Shown piece by piece: positions 60,023 to 64,000 of a DNA stretch of 64,000 bases. This DNA comes from Dehalococcoidia bacterium. Its GTDB lineage: Bacteria; Chloroflexota; Dehalococcoidia; Plut-88900. Numbering within the stretch: the stretch's first letter is position 1; each line of letters begins with the position of its first letter. The stretch is taken from assembly GCA_965249275.1 (NCBI GenBank), contig CBDFLQ010000006.1, forward strand, positions 608,001 to 672,000, in the 5' to 3' direction. The notes under the pieces are model-generated. The model searched no databases, was not told where the DNA came from, and saw nothing but the letters and a program-made list of their open reading frames with translations. Position numbers and translations under genes: made by a program.

Positions 60023-60963
60023 ACGGTCTACAGGCCCGATTGGACTCGGGACCCGTCCTGATATTGGACGGCGCAGTCGGCACTGAGCTCGAAAAAATGG
60101 GTGTGCCCATGCACGGGCAAGTCTGGTGTGCCTCTGCGCTGGACACCCATCCCGGCATCGTCCGCCAACTCCATGAGGACTACATCAACGCTGGCGCCGA
60201 CATCATAACGTCCAACTCCTACGCGTCCTCGCCTCACAATCTGGAGTCCGCGGGCCTCGGGGACCGGGCCGTAGAACTGAATGCCCTGTCCATCAAGCTG
60301 GTCAGGGATGCAATCGCCAACACCGCTCCCGGCAGGCCCATATGGGTTGCCGGTTCCATGTCCAGCTTCGGGGTATACGCCTTCAGCCGGAGGGGACGCA
60401 GCCTTTTGCCGTTCCCCGTGCTTGAAGAGAGCTACCGACTTCAGGCCCACGCTTTGGCAGATGCCGGCGCTGACTTCCTCCTCCTCGAAATGATTCGAGA
60501 GGCGGAACACGGCTCAGCACTCCTGAGAGCGGCCCTTGAGACCGGGCTCCCGGTGTGGGTCGGGCTCAGTTGCAGCCTTACCCCTGAGGGTGAAGTCCAC
60601 ATGCTCTCGGAGGTTGAGCCAACTGCACCCTCAGAGCTCGACTTCCTGGAAACCCTCGACGAGGTGATGTCAGTCGGCGGTTCCCTGCTGGCCGTAATGC
60701 ACAGCGATGTGCCCTGCATCAGCCCCGCGCTGAGGGCTGCGCGCTCAAGTTGGAAAGGCCCCCTCGCCGCCTACGCCAACTCCGGCACCTATTTCATGGC
60801 ATCCGGTTCCGACTTCGGGAAGGTCGTTCCCCCGGATACCTACCTGCAGCATGTGCAAGAGTGGGTAGACCTCGGCGCCCGAGTCGTAGGGGGCTGCTGC
60901 GGTGTGGGTAGGGAGCACATCCGCCTAATCAGCGAGGCTTTCGGCAGCGCATCGGTGAAATAG
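60013..60963 (+). CDS. Homocysteine S-methyltransferase family protein
   Basis: LDGAVGTEL, YINAGAD, AYANSG, VGGCCG. Confidence 0.9.
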   Translation: MGVDGLQARLDSGPVLILDGAVGTELEKMGVPMHGQVWCASALDTHPGIVRQLHEDYINAGADIITSNSYASSPHNLESAGLGDRAVELNALSIKLVRDAIANTAPGRPIWVAGSMSSFGVYAFSRRGRSLLPFPVLEESYRLQAHALADAGADFLLLEMIREAEHGSALLRAALETGLPVWVGLSCSLTPEGEVHMLSEVEPTAPSELDFLETLDEVMSVGGSLLAVMHSDVPCISPALRAARSSWKGPLAAYANSGTYFMASGSDFGKVVPPDTYLQHVQEWVDLGARVVGGCCGVGREHIRLISEAFGSASVK

Positions 60964-61157
60964 TCAAAATCGCGGCGACTCCACGAAGCGCAACTCCGTG
61001 CGCCGCGGGTAGTTTCCCAGGTGAAGTGGTTGTTTGTACAATTGCTGTTCCGAATGATCTGTCATACTGATAGCAAGACAGCCGTTTTATTGCGGTAGTT
61101 GTGATTCCAAGGCCTGCCGTTACCCGCTGTTAGGCAGGAATGTTTGGGGGGTGAGCA

Positions 61158-61850
61158 ATGATAGCAAACACACTAGAACCAAAATCTTGCCCTACTTTTG
61201 ACGGCATTTACGATATCCCTGAGGCGGCAAGATACCTAAAGGCCGCTACGCACGGAGACTCGATTTACCCGGTGAGTCCTGCCAAATTGATACGGTGGAT
61301 TCGACGCGGGCTTGCATCTCTAGAACTTGTCGATTTGTCTGGGCTTGAGCTGCTAATTGCTTTTGAGGACTTAGTCTCCATGCGTGTCATCGCTGCACTT
61401 AGAGCTGCGAGTGTTAGCTGGCCAGAAATATACAAGACTGAGAACTGGCTGCGCGCCGAGACTGGTGTACAGCGACCATTTGCTACTGAACTAATATGGA
61501 CTGGTCAAGGGCAGGTTTTCACCGAATGGACCGGCCGCTTGCTTTCCGCAAGTCGGCATGGTCAGTTAGCACTTGAATTACTGCGTAAATACCTAATCCC
61601 AGTGCATGGCCTAATCTTCGATGACTCATCCTTGGTTGCTACTTCTTGGGAGCCCGTATCAGGTGTAATACTTGAACCTAGAGTGCAATTCGGCACCCCG
61701 TGTATCAAAGGCACTCGCATCCCCACACGTACTATCTCCGGCATGGTAGAGGCAGGCGACACGGTCAGATGGATCACTGCCGCATATGACCTTTCATCGA
61801 ACGAGGTGCAGGCAGCTTGTGATTGGGAATCTCGAATCCGATCCGTATAG
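61158..61850 (+). CDS. HTH + DUF433 antitoxin-like protein (VapB45-like)
   Basis: YDIPEAARYL N-terminal HTH; PRVQFGTPCIKGTRIP. Confidence 0.85.
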   Translation: MIANTLEPKSCPTFDGIYDIPEAARYLKAATHGDSIYPVSPAKLIRWIRRGLASLELVDLSGLELLIAFEDLVSMRVIAALRAASVSWPEIYKTENWLRAETGVQRPFATELIWTGQGQVFTEWTGRLLSASRHGQLALELLRKYLIPVHGLIFDDSSLVATSWEPVSGVILEPRVQFGTPCIKGTRIPTRTISGMVEAGDTVRWITAAYDLSSNEVQAACDWESRIRSV

Positions 61851-62247
61851 CCAACGATTTCTGCTAGATGAGTCTTTAGTGCCTGTCGTAGCAAGAGCGC
61901 TTGAACTTGTAGGATATGCATTCGTTGACGCTGCCAGCGCCATGGGACGTAAGGGTGCCACCGACCCCGAAATTATCAAGTGGTGCAGAGACTACAATGC
62001 CGTTTGGGTCCATACCGATGATCGTGCCAAGAAACAACACAAAGTCTTATTGGAAACCAATGCCATAAGGACCCTGTGGGTCTACAGAAGCGGCGGTAAA
62101 ATGAGTGGCAAAGAACAATTACGCATTTTGTCGTTTGTTCTACCCAAACTTATAAGGAACTTTCAGGCTCGCCCCACGGATCGACACTACAGGGCAAACT
62201 CTGCCAATGAACAGGCCAAGATAAGCTTACGTCCGTTCCAGCTTTAG
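61819..62247 (+). CDS. VapC45/DUF5615-like PIN toxin
   Basis: FLLDESL, GATDPEII.W, VHTDD; start uncertain. Confidence 0.75.
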   Translation: MIGNLESDPYSQRFLLDESLVPVVARALELVGYAFVDAASAMGRKGATDPEIIKWCRDYNAVWVHTDDRAKKQHKVLLETNAIRTLWVYRSGGKMSGKEQLRILSFVLPKLIRNFQARPTDRHYRANSANEQAKISLRPFQL

Positions 62248-62305
62248 CACTCAGCAAGCTTGGTTTTAGTCTTTTCAAGAACATCTGCATGACCGCAGTG
62301 CCCCC

Positions 62306-63118
62306 CTATCCCACCCCCCAGTCGATCCCATTACGCAGAATCTGCACGTACTCCTCGACATCCCAGCTGGCCCTGAACGCAGCTGGCATCGACGCCGGGT
62401 CCTCGACAGTTTCGTCGAAGGCGTGGTTGGTCTGGCTGGCAGGAGAGTGGCAGTGTCCCAGCGCAACGTAGGCCACTCCGCCCTTGCCTATGTCCCTTGT
62501 ATATCCCATGACCCGGGTCTTCCCGTCGGCCTGAAGTGACGTATCTTCGTCGTAGACAAACCCGTAGCCAGAGTGGTCCGGTCCCAACTCCGCCGACAGA
62601 ATCACGTCGGTCTCATTCGGGTGCTGCACCTCGATCATGTACGGTTCGTCGATTGTCATGAAGGAAGAGGGGAGCCCGCGTGTCAAAGGGTTGTCCGCCC
62701 CCGACACGTCCACGCGGAATCTCCGCGTCTGCGGGTGGCTGATGAAAAAGCTGCCGAGAGTGTCGTGGTGCTCGGTTTTGACCATGCGCCTTCGGGTCTC
62801 TCCCTCCACGCGCTTAGCCTTGCCTCCGCTGGTCCCGTGCAACCCGACCCACCGGCCCCCGTCCTCCATCCACCGCCGCACCAACTGGTTCTGATCACCG
62901 TCCAGGTGGGGCCCGGCAGTATAGGTGAGCATTAAGGCAGTGCCCGGGAGCCAGCGATGGATGTCGGTAAAGTCGTTGCCGACCGTAGCCTGCACACCCC
63001 TCTCTTCCAGCAACTCCAGGAGCCGGATACGGGCATAGTCCATGTCGTGTCCCGCCAACGCCCCAACCGGATAGCCCCCGGTAATCATGTGCACACGGCC
63101 CGGCTGAACTTCTCTCAT
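62306..63118 (-). CDS. ThuA-like (class I GAT-like) domain protein
   Basis: HDMDYAR, GGRWVGLHGT, DEPY, GKGGVAYVALGH. Confidence 0.8.
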   Translation of the reverse strand: MREVQPGRVHMITGGYPVGALAGHDMDYARIRLLELLEERGVQATVGNDFTDIHRWLPGTALMLTYTAGPHLDGDQNQLVRRWMEDGGRWVGLHGTSGGKAKRVEGETRRRMVKTEHHDTLGSFFISHPQTRRFRVDVSGADNPLTRGLPSSFMTIDEPYMIEVQHPNETDVILSAELGPDHSGYGFVYDEDTSLQADGKTRVMGYTRDIGKGGVAYVALGHCHSPASQTNHAFDETVEDPASMPAAFRASWDVEEYVQILRNGIDWGVG

Positions 63119-63164
63119 TTCTCGCTCCTTACACACTCACTTCTCTACTATGGATACCGTTCAC

Positions 63165-63420
63165 TTAGTCGGCCTTATTCACGTCCGCAAGCTCTAAATT
63201 CGACTGTTTAAGAAGGTTGGCAATGGCAACTCGAAGATACGCTTCCATCCGGATGCCCCGACGCCTGTGTGCCAGTTCCTGGAACAGCTCTGTCAGCAAC
63301 TCTTCATCGGTACGAGGTATGCCGTCCGACATGACCCATTGAATAAGGGACATCAACTGCCCCTGAGTGTACTCGGTCACAGTCAGGCCTTGCCGTACCG
63401 GGGGCCTCGGCCCCCGAGGA
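63165..63420 (-). pseudogene. Probable orphan C-terminal fragment of a large helicase-type protein
   Basis: PRGPRPPVRQGLTVTEYT..LIQWVMSDG..RTDEELL..RRRG; the frame upstream of GTG 63380 is open but has no ATG. Confidence 0.45.
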
Positions 63421-63546
63421 ACGCCCTGTTTGATTGCTGGATCAGGTTGTTCGGGACTAGCTGAAGTTGCGATGATGAAACCCCGGTCCTGAGCGTGTCT
63501 TCTGTTACTTTGGGTCAGATATCCAGATGCCCACGCCCTCTTACCC

Positions 63547-64000
63547 CTAGTCTTCCAGCGTCGTGATGTCTCCGGGGTCGAGGCCCAACTCCCGTGCCTT
63601 GAGCAGCCGACGCATGATCTTGCCCGACCGCGTCTTAGGCAGCACGGGCGTGAAGTCGATCTCCGTCGGAACGGCTATCGGGCCCAGTTCCTTACGCACG
63701 TGGAGCTTCAACGCCTTAACCATTTCATCCGATCCCGACTCCCCCGCCCTCAGCGTCACGAACCCCTTGATCTGCTCGCCCTTTATCTCATCCGGCTTCC
63801 CGATTACCGCCGCCTCAGCCACCGCCGGGTGCGATACCAGCGCACTCTCCACCTCCGCAGAACCTATCCGGTGTCCGGCCACGTTCAGTACGTCGTCGGC
63901 CCGCCCGACCACCATGTAATAGTTCTCCGCGTCCCGCAGTGCCACGTCTCCCGAGAAGTAGACGCCGGGGATGGTGTTCCAGTCCTTGTCGTATCGTGAC
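63547..64000 (-). CDS. acs: Acetyl-CoA synthetase, 3' part (truncated by the window)
   Basis: [40 protein letters not shown]. Confidence 0.92.
   Translation of the reverse strand, partial: SRYDKDWNTIPGVYFSGDVALRDAENYYMVVGRADDVLNVAGHRIGSAEVESALVSHPAVAEAAVIGKPDEIKGEQIKGFVTLRAGESGSDEMVKALKLHVRKELGPIAVPTEIDFTPVLPKTRSGKIMRRLLKARELGLDPGDITTLED

Overview
GC-rich bacterial chromosomal window, most consistent with Chloroflexota (Dehalococcoidia/SAR202-like). This is an inference from the fusA-rpsJ junction without tuf, the SAM-cycle cluster next to the ribosomal operon, and the paralog-rich amidohydrolase/SDR/CoA-transferase content. 3.6-24.4 kb is the str-S10-spc-alpha ribosomal superoperon (rpsL to rpsI, including rpmJ, which the ORF track missed). 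24.5-33.8 kb is a minus-strand run of mtnA-mtnP-rhodanese-ahcY-metK-PMM-PGI/PMI, an acyl-CoA dehydrogenase and GlcG. It is followed by prfA-prmC, rmuC and an accessory, catabolic right half: three tandem deacetylases, two CoA-transferases, SDRs, amidohydrolases, a putative metal-handling operon, a vWA protein, two PIN toxin-antitoxin loci and REP-like repeats. The best unexplained signal is a 476-bp non-coding element at 55420-55895. It is closed by a perfect 16-bp inverted repeat, is filled with hairpins whose G-U pairs work only on the + strand, and lies downstream of a sigma70-like promoter. It is a candidate large structured RNA; a MITE is the alternative. Other leads: 21-nt mini-elements nested inside REP-like repeats, an unannotated Zn-ribbon microprotein heading a Cu-type operon, a duplicated antitoxin with a divergent C-terminal half, and a solo Cas4-like nuclease islet. 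All family assignments come from motif recognition by eye; no database search was run. No tRNA, rRNA, CRISPR array or transposase was seen.
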